Below, in pieces: positions 1 to 10,320 of a DNA stretch of 64,000 nt (the stretch's first letter is position 1; the number at the start of each line of letters is the position of its first letter). The stretch is taken from the NCBI GenBank assembly GCA_027311125.1, contig DAICZO010000162.1, forward strand, positions 92 to 64,091. Reading direction: 5' to 3'. This stretch comes from Acidobacteriaceae bacterium (GTDB taxonomy: Bacteria; Acidobacteriota; Terriglobia; Terriglobales; Acidobacteriaceae). The notes beneath the pieces were generated by a model. The model was not told where the DNA came from and did no database searches. It saw only the letters and a program-made list of their open reading frames with translations. A program made the translations under genes and the position numbers.

Positions 1-870
1 GGCCGCATGGTCGAGCAGTTTCTGGCCACCGCCTACGTCGCTCATCCCTACGGTCGCCCCGGCGTCGGCTGGGAGAGTGAGATCAGCCAGGTCTCGGCCA
101 CCGAGGCCGCGGAGTTTCACAAGAAGTACTATGTGCCGGCCAACATGGTGATCGCCGTCGTCGGCGACGTAAAGGCCAGCGAGACCATGCCCATGCTGGA
201 GCGCTACTTCGGCGCCATCCCTGCCGGCCCCAAGCCAGAACCGATGACCACCGTAGAGCCGCCGCAGTTTGCCGAGAAGTCCGTGGTCATCCGCGAAGCC
301 ACCCAGCCCTTCTACCTGGAGGGGTACCATCGCCCCGACTACCGCGACCCCGACGATGCGGTCTACGACGCCATCAGCGACATCTTTTCCAACGGCCGCA
401 CCGCTCGACTTTACCGCAGCCTGGTTCGCGACCAGCGCATCGCCGCAGCAGCAGCGGGTTTCAGCGGATTCCCCGGAGACAAGTACCCAGGCCTCTTCGC
501 GGTCTACGCCGTACCTCTGCCCGGACACACCCCTGACGAGATGCGCGTCGCCATCCACAAAGAGCTGGACCGGCTAAAGACCGAAGACATCTCCGACGCC
601 GAACTGGAACGCTACAAGACCCGCACCAAGGCCGACCTGCTGCGTGGCCTTGCCGATAACGAAGGCCTCGCTCATCAACTCGCCGAGTATCAGACCCGTT
701 ACGGCGACTGGCGCGAACTCTTCAACCAGTTGAAGAAGGTCGACGCCGTCAGCAAGGAAGATGTCCGCCGCGTCGCCAACAAGATATTTATCGAGAGCAA
801 TCGAACGAGCGCGCGAATCGAGTTTGCCGCCCCGCAAAGTGCAGCCAAGAGCGCTGGAGGTTCCAAGTGA
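1..870 (+). CDS. M16 (pitrilysin-family) peptidase, 5'-truncated by the window edge
   Basis: Frame open from base 1; HPYGRPGVGW, YYVPANMVIAVVGD and RLYRSLV segments typical of M16 C-terminal halves; overlaps a second M16 gene. Confidence 0.85.
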   Translation, partial: GRMVEQFLATAYVAHPYGRPGVGWESEISQVSATEAAEFHKKYYVPANMVIAVVGDVKASETMPMLERYFGAIPAGPKPEPMTTVEPPQFAEKSVVIREATQPFYLEGYHRPDYRDPDDAVYDAISDIFSNGRTARLYRSLVRDQRIAAAAAGFSGFPGDKYPGLFAVYAVPLPGHTPDEMRVAIHKELDRLKTEDISDAELERYKTRTKADLLRGLADNEGLAHQLAEYQTRYGDWRELFNQLKKVDAVSKEDVRRVANKIFIESNRTSARIEFAAPQSAAKSAGGSK

Positions 871-2387
871 AGAGTACTGCAAACAAGCTGGCAGCCATGG
901 GACGCTGTGTTGTCACCCTGGGCCTGATCGTTACCGCTCCTGCGCTCAGCACGATGGCCTTCGGTCAGGCTGCGGCCAAACCCGCAGCTACACCTACCCC
1001 GGCCGCCGCCGTAGCCCAGCCCTGGAAGAAGATTCCGATCCCGCCGCTCCACGCCTTCAAACCCGTACAGCCCAAACGTGTTGAGCTTGCCAACGGCCTG
1101 GTCCTCTTCCTGCAGGAAGACCATGAACTGCCCTTCATCAATGGCACCATCCTCATCCGCGGCGGCAGTCGCGATGAACCCGCGGACAAGATCGGACTGG
1201 TCAGCCTGTACGGCGAAACCTGGCGCACCAGCGGCACCCCCACAGTCAACGGTGACGTAATGGACGATCGGCTGGAGGCCAAAGCTGCCAGCATCGAGAC
1301 CTCCAACGGCATCGCTACCACCTCTGTTACCTGGTCCAGCCTCAAGGGTGACTTTCCCATGGTCTTCGCCCAGACCATGGACCTGTTGCTGCATCCAGCT
1401 TTCAGCAAAGACAAGCTGCAACTGGCCAAGCGCCAGATCGAGACTGGCATCGCACGCCAGAACGACGACGCCAGCGGTATCGCCAGCCGAGAAGCCAGCG
1501 CCATCGTCTACGGAGCCACCAGCCCCTACGCCCGCCGCCCCACCTACAGCACCGTCGACTCTGTCACGATCGATGACCTGAAGGCCTGGCACGAGCGTAC
1601 CGTGGTGCCCAACGGCATGATCGTCGCGCTCTCCGGAGACTTCGATGCCGCCGATATGGAAGCCACCCTCCGCAAGGCCTTTGAACCGCTGCCGCGCGTC
1701 ACGGCTCTGGCCACCACCCAGCAGCAGTTTCCCGGCCCCCAGCCCGGCGTTTACTTTGCCAATAAGAGCGACGTGGACCAGTCCAACGTCTACATCGTCG
1801 GACTGGGCACGGAGCGCAGCAACCCCGACTACTACGCGCTCAGTGTGATGAATGAGATCTTCTCCGGCGGCTTCGGCTCGCGCGTGGTGCAGAACGTGCG
1901 TACCAAGTTGGGTCTGGCCTACAGCGTCGGCGGAAGCTACGGCGTCGCATACGATCACCCCGGCATGTTCCGGGTCGGTGCCGGTACCAAGAGCACCTCG
2001 ACCGTCGCCGCCACCAAGGCCATGCTGGACGAGATCAAGCGCCTCAAGACGGATCCCCCCACCCCCGAGGAGTTGCGCAAGGCCAAGGAACAGGTGCTCA
2101 ACTCCTTCGTCTTCCACTACGACTCCCGCGACAAGACGCTCAACGAGCAGGTCGTACTGGCCTTCTACAACTACCCGGCAGACACGCTGGAGAAGTACAA
2201 GACCGGCATCGAAGGCGTCACCGCAGCCGACGTCTCCCGCGTCGCCAACAAATATATCGACGTCTCCAAACTCGCCATCGTCGTTGTGGGCAACGAGTCA
2301 GAGTTGAAGCCGCCACTCTCCGAACTGGGCCCGGTAAATCAACTGGATATCACCATCCCGCCGCCCCCGGCCAAAACCAGCAAGTAA
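867..2387 (+). CDS. M16 peptidase-like subunit, secreted, probably non-catalytic
   Basis: Signal peptide; LANGLVLFLQEDHELP and RTKLGLAYSV; no HxxEH motif seen. Confidence 0.85.
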   Translation: MKSTANKLAAMGRCVVTLGLIVTAPALSTMAFGQAAAKPAATPTPAAAVAQPWKKIPIPPLHAFKPVQPKRVELANGLVLFLQEDHELPFINGTILIRGGSRDEPADKIGLVSLYGETWRTSGTPTVNGDVMDDRLEAKAASIETSNGIATTSVTWSSLKGDFPMVFAQTMDLLLHPAFSKDKLQLAKRQIETGIARQNDDASGIASREASAIVYGATSPYARRPTYSTVDSVTIDDLKAWHERTVVPNGMIVALSGDFDAADMEATLRKAFEPLPRVTALATTQQQFPGPQPGVYFANKSDVDQSNVYIVGLGTERSNPDYYALSVMNEIFSGGFGSRVVQNVRTKLGLAYSVGGSYGVAYDHPGMFRVGAGTKSTSTVAATKAMLDEIKRLKTDPPTPEELRKAKEQVLNSFVFHYDSRDKTLNEQVVLAFYNYPADTLEKYKTGIEGVTAADVSRVANKYIDVSKLAIVVVGNESELKPPLSELGPVNQLDITIPPPPAKTSK

Positions 2388-2402
2388 ATCAACCCAGAGT
2401 TG

Positions 2403-2428
2403 GCAGGGAGAGGTTTTCCCTGCTTTTT
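2403..2428 (+). terminator. Intrinsic terminator after the M16 pair
   Basis: gcagggag/ttccctgc stem followed by ttttt. Confidence 0.65.
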
Positions 2429-2484
2429 CTGCGCCCAAGGTGGGATCGAAACCCAACGACCCAACGTGAGAAGATAACGGCACT

Positions 2485-3909
2485 ATGGATACAACAGGTT
2501 TTGCGATTGCAATTATGGCTGCGGGCAAGGGTACGCGGCTGAAGAGTAAGCGGCCCAAGGTTCTGCACGAGATCGGCGGACGCGCCCTGCTGCTGCATGT
2601 CATCGCCGCCGCGAAACATGTCGTTCCGGCAGAGCAGATCTATTGCATCGTGGGCCACGAGGCCGACCGCGTGAAGGCTGCTGTCGAAGCGACCGGCATC
2701 CGCTTCGTCCTGCAAGCCGAGCAACGCGGCACCGGCCACGCACTGCAGATGGTCAAGGCCTATTTCACCCTCTCCGGCGCAGAGATTCCCAAGCACCTGC
2801 TGGTCCTCTCCGGTGACGTGCCGCTCATTCGCCCCGAGACCATCCAGGCCGTCTGCGATCTGCACCTGCTGGAGCGCGCCGCCATGACCATCCTGACCGC
2901 TGTGCCCCCGGACCCTACCGGCTACGGTCGCGTCCTGCGTGCGCGGGAAGACGGCCCCGAAGTCACCGCCATCGTCGAGCAGAAATCCCTGCGTCCCGAG
3001 CAGCTTGGCGCACCCGAGATCAACTCCGGCATCTACTGCTTCGAGACCCACAAGCTGTTCGCCAAGCTCGATCTGCTCTCCACCAACAACGCCCACGGCG
3101 AGTTCTACCTCACCGATGTCGCCGCCATGCTGGTGGAAGACGGGGAACGCGTCGTCGCCGTCAAGGCCGACAGTGTGGACGAGGTGCTCGGTGCCAACAC
3201 CATCGCCGAGATGATGCATCTCGACGCCGCCATGCGCCTGGCCAAAACCAGGCAGTTGATGGCCCAGGGCGTCACCATCTTCCGCCCTGAAACCTGTGTC
3301 ATCGATCCCGAAGTTCACGTCGGCGCCGATACCGTCATTGAGCCCTACGTCCAGTTGCTCGGCGCAACCACCATCGGGATAGAGTCGCGCATCCGCTCCT
3401 ACTCCGTGGTGCAAAACTCAACCCTGGGCGACGGCGTTCTGGTGCGCAACGGCTGCGTGCTCGACGGTGCTGTCGTCGGCGACGGAGCACTGCTTGGCCC
3501 CTACGCCCACCTGCGTCCGGAGAGCCGCATCGGCGAGGGCGCTCACGTCGGCAACTTTGTCGAGACCAAGAAAGTCACGCTCGGCAAGGGCTCCAAGGCA
3601 AACCATCTGAACTACCTCGGCGATGCCGTCATCGGTGCGGGAGTCAACATCGGCGCCGGAGCCATCACCTGCAACTACGATGGCGTCCACAAGCACCTCA
3701 CCACCATCGGCGATGGCGTTTTTGTCGGCTCGGATTCTACGCTGGTAGCGCCGGTCACACTGGAGGCTGGAGCCTATGTTGCGGCTGGTAGTTGCATCAC
3801 CGAGGACGTACCCGCCGGAGCGCTTGCACTCGGCCGCAGCCGCCAGGTGACCAAGCCCGGCTGGGCCACCGAACGCCGCGCCGCCCTCGCCGCAAAAAAG
3901 AACTGCTAA
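2485..3909 (+). CDS. glmU: Bifunctional UDP-GlcNAc pyrophosphorylase / glucosamine-1-phosphate acetyltransferase
   Basis: AAGKGTR..PKVLH, GTGHA, GEFYLTD, hexapeptide repeats, GNFVETK, CNYDG. Confidence 0.97.
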   Translation: MDTTGFAIAIMAAGKGTRLKSKRPKVLHEIGGRALLLHVIAAAKHVVPAEQIYCIVGHEADRVKAAVEATGIRFVLQAEQRGTGHALQMVKAYFTLSGAEIPKHLLVLSGDVPLIRPETIQAVCDLHLLERAAMTILTAVPPDPTGYGRVLRAREDGPEVTAIVEQKSLRPEQLGAPEINSGIYCFETHKLFAKLDLLSTNNAHGEFYLTDVAAMLVEDGERVVAVKADSVDEVLGANTIAEMMHLDAAMRLAKTRQLMAQGVTIFRPETCVIDPEVHVGADTVIEPYVQLLGATTIGIESRIRSYSVVQNSTLGDGVLVRNGCVLDGAVVGDGALLGPYAHLRPESRIGEGAHVGNFVETKKVTLGKGSKANHLNYLGDAVIGAGVNIGAGAITCNYDGVHKHLTTIGDGVFVGSDSTLVAPVTLEAGAYVAAGSCITEDVPAGALALGRSRQVTKPGWATERRAALAAKKNC

Positions 3910-4028
3910 CCCTCCCCATCACTCCAACTAGCACTCATGGGGGCGCAACTCTCTGCCGATAACCGGAAAAGAGTTGCGCCCACAATGCTGTTGCACCAAG
4001 GACAGCGCGAGGGAGGGGGTGTCTGCCT

Positions 4029-5147
4029 ATGCCGCACGAACGAATCCTGGTTGTGGATGATGAAGATGCCGTGCGCGGCATAGTCGCAGCACTGCTGGAG
4101 CACAGCGGCTATCGGCCCACCCAGGCCAACTGCGCCGACGAAGCCCTCCTCCGCATGCAGGAAGGCCCCGCCTTCGATCTCGTCGTCTCCGACGTTATGA
4201 TGCCCGGTACCGACGGTCTCAGTCTGCTCGATACCATTGGCATCGAGCATCCTGGCACCCCCGTCGTCATGATCACTGCCGTTCAGGACGTCCATGTCGC
4301 CACTACAGCCTTTCGTCGTGGGGCCATCGACTATCTCGTCAAGCCGTTCGAGCGCGTGCAACTGGAGAGTGTCGTCACCCGCGCTATCGAGCATGGACGC
4401 CTGTTGAAGCAGAACGCGGAGTACCGCCAGAATCTCGAAGACATCATCACCGCGCGAACCACCCGTCTGCGCACCACCATGCAGGATCTGGAACGCAGCT
4501 ACGACGCCACCCTGCAGGCAATGGGCGATGCTCTCGATCTGCGCGACGAAGAGACCGAGGGCCACTCACGCCGTGTCACCGCCTACACCATCGCCATCGC
4601 CCAGGCCATGGGGCTCAACGCCGATGAGCTACGCATCATCGCTCGCGGTGCCTTCCTCCACGACATCGGCAAGATCGCCACACCCGACCGTATCCTGCTC
4701 AAACCCGGCAAGCTCGACCCTGACGAGATGGCCATCATGCGCGAGCACTGTGCCAGCGGCTACGAGATCGTTCGCAAGATTCCCTTCCTCCGCGAGGCCG
4801 CCGAGATCGTCTACTCCCACCAGGAACGCTTTGACGGCAAGGGCTATCCACGCGGTCTCCGGGGCGAGCAGATTCCCCTAGGTGCCCGCATCTTTGCCCT
4901 CGCCGACACCCTGGACGCCATGACCTCCGACCGGCCCTATCGCAAAGGAACCACTTTTGCCATGGCCTGCGCCGAGATCGAACGCTGTGCCGGCGGCCAG
5001 TTCGATCCGGAGATCGTAAAGGTCTTTCTCCAGCTACCCCCCGACTCCTGGATCAGCCTCCGCGAGCAGCTCCAGCATCTGTCTCCCGACGAGCTCTCCG
5101 CTCGCCTGTGTCGGCCAGCAGTTGCACCCCCGCCACGCGCGGACTAG
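4029..5147 (+). CDS. Response regulator with HD-GYP phosphodiesterase domain
   Basis: REC domain (ILVVDD, SDVMMPG, KPF) plus LHDIGKI and HQERFDGKGYP. Confidence 0.92.
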   Translation: MPHERILVVDDEDAVRGIVAALLEHSGYRPTQANCADEALLRMQEGPAFDLVVSDVMMPGTDGLSLLDTIGIEHPGTPVVMITAVQDVHVATTAFRRGAIDYLVKPFERVQLESVVTRAIEHGRLLKQNAEYRQNLEDIITARTTRLRTTMQDLERSYDATLQAMGDALDLRDEETEGHSRRVTAYTIAIAQAMGLNADELRIIARGAFLHDIGKIATPDRILLKPGKLDPDEMAIMREHCASGYEIVRKIPFLREAAEIVYSHQERFDGKGYPRGLRGEQIPLGARIFALADTLDAMTSDRPYRKGTTFAMACAEIERCAGGQFDPEIVKVFLQLPPDSWISLREQLQHLSPDELSARLCRPAVAPPPRAD

Positions 5148-5170
5148 CATCTCTACTGTGAGGTCTTGCC

Positions 5171-5452
5171 ATGTCTGCTTTGAATGAAACCCAGCTTCAG
5201 GAACTTCTGCGCGCCCAGCCTCAATGGAAGCTGCACGACGGCAAGCTGGTTCGCGAATGGACATTCCGCGACTTTGTTCAGGCCATGGCTTTTGTCAACC
5301 GCGTCGCCGAACTCGCCGAACAGGCCGGACACCACCCCGACATCGATATCCGCTACAACCGTGTGACGCTCGGTCTGGTCACCCACGACGCCGGCGGAAT
5401 CACCCAACGCGACGCCGATATGGCAGCCGCCATCAGCCAGACCTTCCTCTAA
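5171..5452 (+). CDS. phhB: Pterin-4a-carbinolamine dehydratase
   Basis: AEQAGHHPDI and LVTHDAGGITQRD motifs. Confidence 0.9.
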   Translation: MSALNETQLQELLRAQPQWKLHDGKLVREWTFRDFVQAMAFVNRVAELAEQAGHHPDIDIRYNRVTLGLVTHDAGGITQRDADMAAAISQTFL

Positions 5453-5495
5453 ATCACTCCGATCGCCGCCACCACCGGCCTCAGTGCGTCCCGCC

Positions 5496-5975
5496 TCAAT
5501 GGCGTCCGAATCGCGGAGGTGGCGTCATCGCGTCGTGCCGCTCCCGCCGAAACAGGAACGAGCCAGCCACTACGGCGGCAAACGATGTGACATACAACGC
5601 CGCCTGAACCCCCAACCCCGTCAGTATCTGGCCAGTTGAAGTCTTCCACGGCATACTATCCTGCGACCCTTCGTACTGATACAAGCTCACCACCATGTCG
5701 ATCACCACGCCTGCAGAGCAGAGGCTGGCCAGAAACTTGAGTTTTGTGCCATGGTGCTGACGACTGCGAAACAACTGTCCTCCCAGTACCAGCCACGCAC
5801 CGGCCAGCACCAGCAGCCACAAGCTGATCGCGGCCGTTGTATGCCAGCCAACGTAATTCGCACGGTCCGGGGTCAAGGCGCATAGCGGATTGTTCGGCAG
5901 TAACAGAGAGAACACCGTTGCGGCACTTATCTCGGCCAGCAACGCTGCGGAGATAAAAATTATTCGTTCATTCAC
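5496..5975 (-). CDS. Hypothetical membrane protein (about 4 TM segments)
   Basis: 159-aa ORF with four hydrophobic stretches; no family recognised. Confidence 0.5.
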   Translation of the reverse strand: MNERIIFISAALLAEISAATVFSLLLPNNPLCALTPDRANYVGWHTTAAISLWLLVLAGAWLVLGGQLFRSRQHHGTKLKFLASLCSAGVVIDMVVSLYQYEGSQDSMPWKTSTGQILTGLGVQAALYVTSFAAVVAGSFLFRRERHDAMTPPPRFGRH

Positions 5976-6259
5976 AAAGAAAACGCCTCGGAGATACCAG
6001 CCAGATGTCGCCCTTCAAGCCCAGCAGAATCTATCAGTTAACCAGCATCGATCGCCGCCAGGAGGTATCAGGGCCTGCCAATTGCACCATAGTAGAACTA
6101 CGGTCTTCTATTCCACCATACGGGACAAGACGAGTCGGCCTTCTCATGGTATAGTTCTGAGTACGGATGTGTGAAGTTTCCATTCGTAAAGTTTTTCAAC
6201 CCTAACGATCCGCACACAGCGCCGATCACAGGTTGAAGCAAGTTGCGTCACTGGCCTCC

Positions 6260-6295
6260 CGGCACGTACAAAATACCGTCCGTGCCGTTTTTTTT
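6260..6295 (+). terminator. Intrinsic terminator with no adjacent upstream + strand gene
   Basis: cggcacg/cgtgccg stem followed by T8. Confidence 0.55.
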
Positions 6296-6442
6296 GCTCG
6301 CAGGCAGTTTCGCTCGTAGTAAATTCCCACCCCTTAGCCTAAATCTCTCTTTCGATTCCTATGGGAATGCAGCAACCCGTCAGATCCTCCTTAATAATTA
6401 GCAGCTTGCGTACGGCCTACCCCGCGGGATTATGATCGTGTC

Positions 6443-6880
6443 ATGAAGCGAATCCTCGGTTGCCTCACGCTCGGGCTGGTCACAATGGCTGCATCGGCAC
6501 AATGGTCGAACCCTGCCAACGACATCCCCGCCTACCATCCCACCGCCCCCACCAAGGAGCTGCCTAAACTGCTCAGTGGCGACCAGTTGACCGGCGTCTA
6601 CTTCACCCACGCCTACCAGGTGACCGCCTACAAGATGGCCGCCAAGGTTCCCAACGTCATCTATCAGCAGCCGTGCTACTGCCGCTGCGACCGCGAACTT
6701 GGCCACAAGAGCCTGCATAGCTGCTTCGAAGGTACCCACGGAGCTGTCTGCTCCACCTGTATGCGCGAAGGCGTCTATGCCTACCAGCAGACCAAGCTCG
6801 GCCGCACACCGGCCCAGATTCGTGCTGGCATCGAACGCGGTGAGTGGCAGTATGTCGACCTGGAATCAGCCGAACTCTAG
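6443..6880 (+). CDS. PCYCGC/CYCXC-motif secreted protein
   Basis: Signal peptide; PCYCRCD..GHKSLHSCF..HGAVCSTC. Confidence 0.8.
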   Translation: MKRILGCLTLGLVTMAASAQWSNPANDIPAYHPTAPTKELPKLLSGDQLTGVYFTHAYQVTAYKMAAKVPNVIYQQPCYCRCDRELGHKSLHSCFEGTHGAVCSTCMREGVYAYQQTKLGRTPAQIRAGIERGEWQYVDLESAEL

Positions 6881-6914
6881 CGAGCGCTGAGCACCCCGGT
6901 CACACGGTCAGCCG

Positions 6915-7829
6915 CTACCGTCCAGCATCCGGCGCTATCGCCTGTCCCTTGGCAGAGAAATCCTTCGCCACCGGATCATCCGTTAGCGCCTTCAACCCCG
7001 CCACCACGCACTCCGCATTCAACTCCGCACCGGCCCGGCTGGTATGCGTATGCGGATCCGCAAACAGCGTCTCCACCTTCGCCTCGCCCAACGCGTCGTA
7101 GCGGCGGGCGATAATCTCGTTCAAATCCACAAACCGTACATGCTCCTGCTTGGCAATCGCCTGCGCCCATCCACCGTAGTTGTCGTGGTTGCGGACCACC
7201 TTACCATCCCTCCAGGTCTTGCGCGGAATCGGCGAACACAGCACTGGAATCGCACCTTTCGCCACGGTATCCCGAACATACTGCCGCATGTACCAGCCAT
7301 AGCTGTGGACCGTCTCGTGCCGCTTCAAGATCGGATTCTCAATCTCACGACTCTCATCACCAGTCCCCGGAATCGTCCCCCGAGCGCGAGCCGTATCGTC
7401 CAGCGGGCCGGAGTCGTTATGCCCAAACTGAAACAGCACCACGTCCCCGGGCTTCATCAACGCCAGCGTATCCGCCCAGTGGCCCTCGGTGATGTACGTC
7501 CGGCTGCTGCGACCGCCGATGGCCCGGTTCACCACGTTGATCTTGCTGGTGTCGAACAGGTCGACCAGCGGCTCTCCCCAGCCCCACTGCCCGTTCGCAC
7601 CATCGCCATGCCCGTTGCGCACCGTCGAGTCACCCACCAGAAACAGCGTTGGCAGGGACGGGCTGGCTGGCCGGGGCAGCCCCAGCTTTTCATGCACTGC
7701 CGGATCCGTCGGCGAACCCACTTCCACAGGCAACTGTTGCGCGACCAGCATCTGCGAGCTACCCCATACCATTAGCGCTACCGCACACAGCCAACCGGCG
7801 ACCACGACATAACCAGCTAATTTCTTCAT
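6915..7829 (-). CDS. Rhamnogalacturonan acetylesterase-like SGNH hydrolase
   Basis: GDST, NRAIGGRSSR, QFGHND and DPHTHT blocks; signal peptide. Confidence 0.88.
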   Translation of the reverse strand: MKKLAGYVVVAGWLCAVALMVWGSSQMLVAQQLPVEVGSPTDPAVHEKLGLPRPASPSLPTLFLVGDSTVRNGHGDGANGQWGWGEPLVDLFDTSKINVVNRAIGGRSSRTYITEGHWADTLALMKPGDVVLFQFGHNDSGPLDDTARARGTIPGTGDESREIENPILKRHETVHSYGWYMRQYVRDTVAKGAIPVLCSPIPRKTWRDGKVVRNHDNYGGWAQAIAKQEHVRFVDLNEIIARRYDALGEAKVETLFADPHTHTSRAGAELNAECVVAGLKALTDDPVAKDFSAKGQAIAPDAGR

Positions 7830-7925
7830 TGAAATTATTTACGCCTGAAATATACTCTGGTCAAGCCAAGCCCACGCACGTCCTCAACACCCCACCTTCC
7901 TGCAACACGCGTATTCTCGATAGAT

Positions 7926-8345
7926 ATGACTTGGGTATTCTGGGCCTTACTCTCTGCGCTCTTCGCCGCCGCCACCGCGCTGCTGGCCAAGGTTGGCGTC
8001 TCCGGCGTGGACTCGAACCTCGCCACCGCCATCCGCACCACCGTCATCCTGATCTTTACCTGGGGCATTGCGATCAGCCTGGAGAAGCACAACGTAATCA
8101 TGGATATTGGCCGCCGTAGCTGGGTCTTCCTCATCCTCTCCGGCATGTGTACCGGGTTGTCCTGGCTCTGTTACTTCCGTGCCCTGCAGATTGGCCCCGC
8201 TTCCAGCGTCGCGCCGGTCGATAAGCTGAGCGTCGTTCTGGTCATCCTTGGTGCATGGCTCTTCCTCGGCGAGCACCTCACCCCGCTCAAGATCGGCGGA
8301 GCCTCACTGATCACCATCGGCGCAGTCATCATCGCCTTCGCCTAA
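7926..8345 (+). CDS. EamA/DMT family transporter (single domain)
   Basis: LAKVG..VDSNLATAIRT, SWLCYFRALQ, PVDKLSV. Confidence 0.88.
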   Translation: MTWVFWALLSALFAAATALLAKVGVSGVDSNLATAIRTTVILIFTWGIAISLEKHNVIMDIGRRSWVFLILSGMCTGLSWLCYFRALQIGPASSVAPVDKLSVVLVILGAWLFLGEHLTPLKIGGASLITIGAVIIAFA

Positions 8346-8435
8346 TCCGTACGCGCCGTCGCGCAGCCGCCCCTTGGCCTATAATGGAAACAGTTCTTTG
8401 AGTGCCCAACGCATTGTTGGTGCCAGTCTCCAGAT

Positions 8436-8789
8436 GGGGGCGTCACGGCTTCGACGGGATTGCTTGTGGCAGAGAGGCATGCCGGGGTGGGTACACCCGT
8501 AATCGCGCCCAAAATCATAAGTGCCGAACCTCAGTTCGCTCTTGCTGCTTAATAATTAAGTAGCCGATCGCTCAAGCTTCGCCTACGGGCCTGTACCGAT
8601 CGTCGCACAGTAGGCTGGTCTTCCCTGCTCCGTCTGAGCGGGTCGGACGAGATTGATCAGACTGGTCGTCGCCGCGTCTTCGCCCGTTCTAAGCGTCGAT
8701 GACGAGACAAAGATGAACGCTGGAAAAGCATGAACGCTCTCTGTTGGAAGTTTTTTCGGACGCGGGTTCGACTCCCGCCGCCTCCACCA
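8436..8789 (+). ncRNA. ssrA: tmRNA; tag reading frame AEPQFALAA** at 8523-8555
   Basis: 5' GGGGGCGTCACGGCTTCGAC, 3' T-arm GGGTTCGACTCCC and CTCCACCA end; internal tag ends in ALAA with tandem TAA; TATAAT at about 8380. Confidence 0.96.
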
Positions 8790-9005
8790 TTATAACCAAT
8801 TTATTTTCAACGACTTACAGTCTCGCTTTTCGCCATGCACGATAGACAGTTCGTCAAGCCACACTATCGAGGCCCTGGTCGGGGATGCGCCTAACCAAGG
8901 GCATATTCCTGATTAAAACGTAAATGCAAACTCGATGAGTGCACTGGCCTGATATGGAATAACCGCGTCAACACGGCGAAGTACGTGGGGTTATTTTGTT
9001 GGTTG

Positions 9006-9297
9006 TCAGGCTGCAAATTGCTGTCTGGAGTCAGTCTCGGATGTGGTTCCAATAGTCCAGACGAAGCCCAGCACATCTTGGGCGACTACTGCGACACTCT
9101 TCCTCTGGGCCTTACCGACCGCGCCTGGTTTTATATTGCTTGTGGTGCTGGTGTTGCGCCTTCCATGCAAGCTCCATGGCCTCTTCCGAGATGTTCTCCT
9201 GTCGTCTGCGTAGCGCTTACCAGATCCCTGGTGGACGACCTTAGCTCCATGCAGCTTATACAACGATGCATCGCTGGTTCGCGTTGCCGGGCTTCGT
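9006..9297 (-). pseudogene. IS110-family transposase C-terminal remnant
   Basis: Manual translation TKPGNANQRCIVV*AAWS*...LRRRQENISEEAMELAWKAQHQHHKQY, then after a frameshift AVVAQDVLGFVWTIG; resembles the IS110 pattern TKTGN..EAAW..IAWKAQ.RLH..ARELLGFIW; 3 in-frame stops. Confidence 0.75.
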
Positions 9298-9708
9298 ACG
9301 CTCACAGCGTACCCACGGTCGGCGAATCGGCACCGGTCACTCCATATTGACTGTTATCACCCATTGATACCCGTCGTCTGTTCGCCCTCCTGGAGAACCC
9401 GCGTAAGTTTGTCGCAAAGAGCCACAAGGTTTGGGCAATTTAACAAAGAGTCGAGTCCCAACGATCTCTGAGCACCACTTCGATGCCCGAACCGGCATAA
9501 GGGGTCGTCATGCTGCGCAGCCGCTCCAATAAGCCATTCTGAGTTGAAGAAAGCAGCAACGTTTCCTGAAGTGGACGAGTTTGGGATTCCGATTGACCGA
9601 TTTGTACAGTCGTGAAAGCGCTTTTTGGGCAGCAGCCACGAGCTGCAAAATATTTGGTTGTGCTGCTCAGCCCTGGAGATAGACTAATCTTCTCGCCAAG
9701 AGGACATT

Positions 9709-10275
9709 ATGAGCGCGTTCGGCCCTGGAGAAATTACGGTATTGCTCCGCGAGTGGGAAAGCGGAAAGACTGGCGCCACCGAACACCTCTTCGAACTCGT
9801 ATATCCACAATTGCGGAACATTGCCGGCGCGCTCTTCCGCGGGGAACGTCCGGAAAATCTGCTTCAGCCCACCAGTGTCGTGAATGAGCTGTTTCTCAAA
9901 CTGGTTCGCCAACGTAGTCTCCGGTTCGAAGATCGCGAACACTTCTACAGTCTCTCCGCCCGTATCATGCGCCGCGTCCTGGTTGATCACGCGCGCTCGG
10001 AACACCGGCAAAAGCGTGACGGCGGGGTGCCAGTGCCGCTGCTCGAGAGCGTGTCGTGGGTAGACGCAAAGCAGGAAGAATTGATGGATCTGGACCGCGC
10101 CCTCATAGAGCTTGAGATGTTGGATCAGCGGAAGTGCCGGATGGTCGAACTCCGGTTCTTTATGGGGTTTACCGTGGAGGAGACGGCAGAATTGCTTAAT
10201 ATCTCCACGGCCAGCGTCGACCGCGATTTAAGGTTTGTGCGGGGCTGGCTCTACGATCGTCTCCATTCCGCATGA
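9709..10275 (+). CDS. ECF sigma factor, Ser/Thr-kinase-associated (ECF43/EcfK-like), copy 1
   Basis: GEITVLL, LLQPTSVVNE (QPT in place of DAED), MRRVLVDHAR..KRDGG, VELRFF..EETAELL..RD. Confidence 0.9.
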   Translation: MSAFGPGEITVLLREWESGKTGATEHLFELVYPQLRNIAGALFRGERPENLLQPTSVVNELFLKLVRQRSLRFEDREHFYSLSARIMRRVLVDHARSEHRQKRDGGVPVPLLESVSWVDAKQEELMDLDRALIELEMLDQRKCRMVELRFFMGFTVEETAELLNISTASVDRDLRFVRGWLYDRLHSA

Positions 10276-10299
10276 CGCACTTATCTCCCATTTCGCGCC
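10273..10299 (+). promoter_or_regulatory. Candidate ECF promoter (TGAC-N19-CGCC) upstream of kinase 1
   Basis: TGAC 10273-10276 and CGCC 10296-10299; same spacing as three other sites. Confidence 0.45.
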
Positions 10300-10320
10300 A
10301 ACAAGGTAAGTGAGCCAAGA

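Noticed and set aside
699-3414. Long antisense ORFs (699..2117 and 2389..3414; also 20075..21343, 30053..30928, 48310..49167)
   Set aside because: They are shadow frames of well-supported genes in GC-rich DNA with no recognisable motifs
6443-6880. Selenoprotein in the CYCXC family
   Set aside because: No in-frame TGA; all motif positions are Cys
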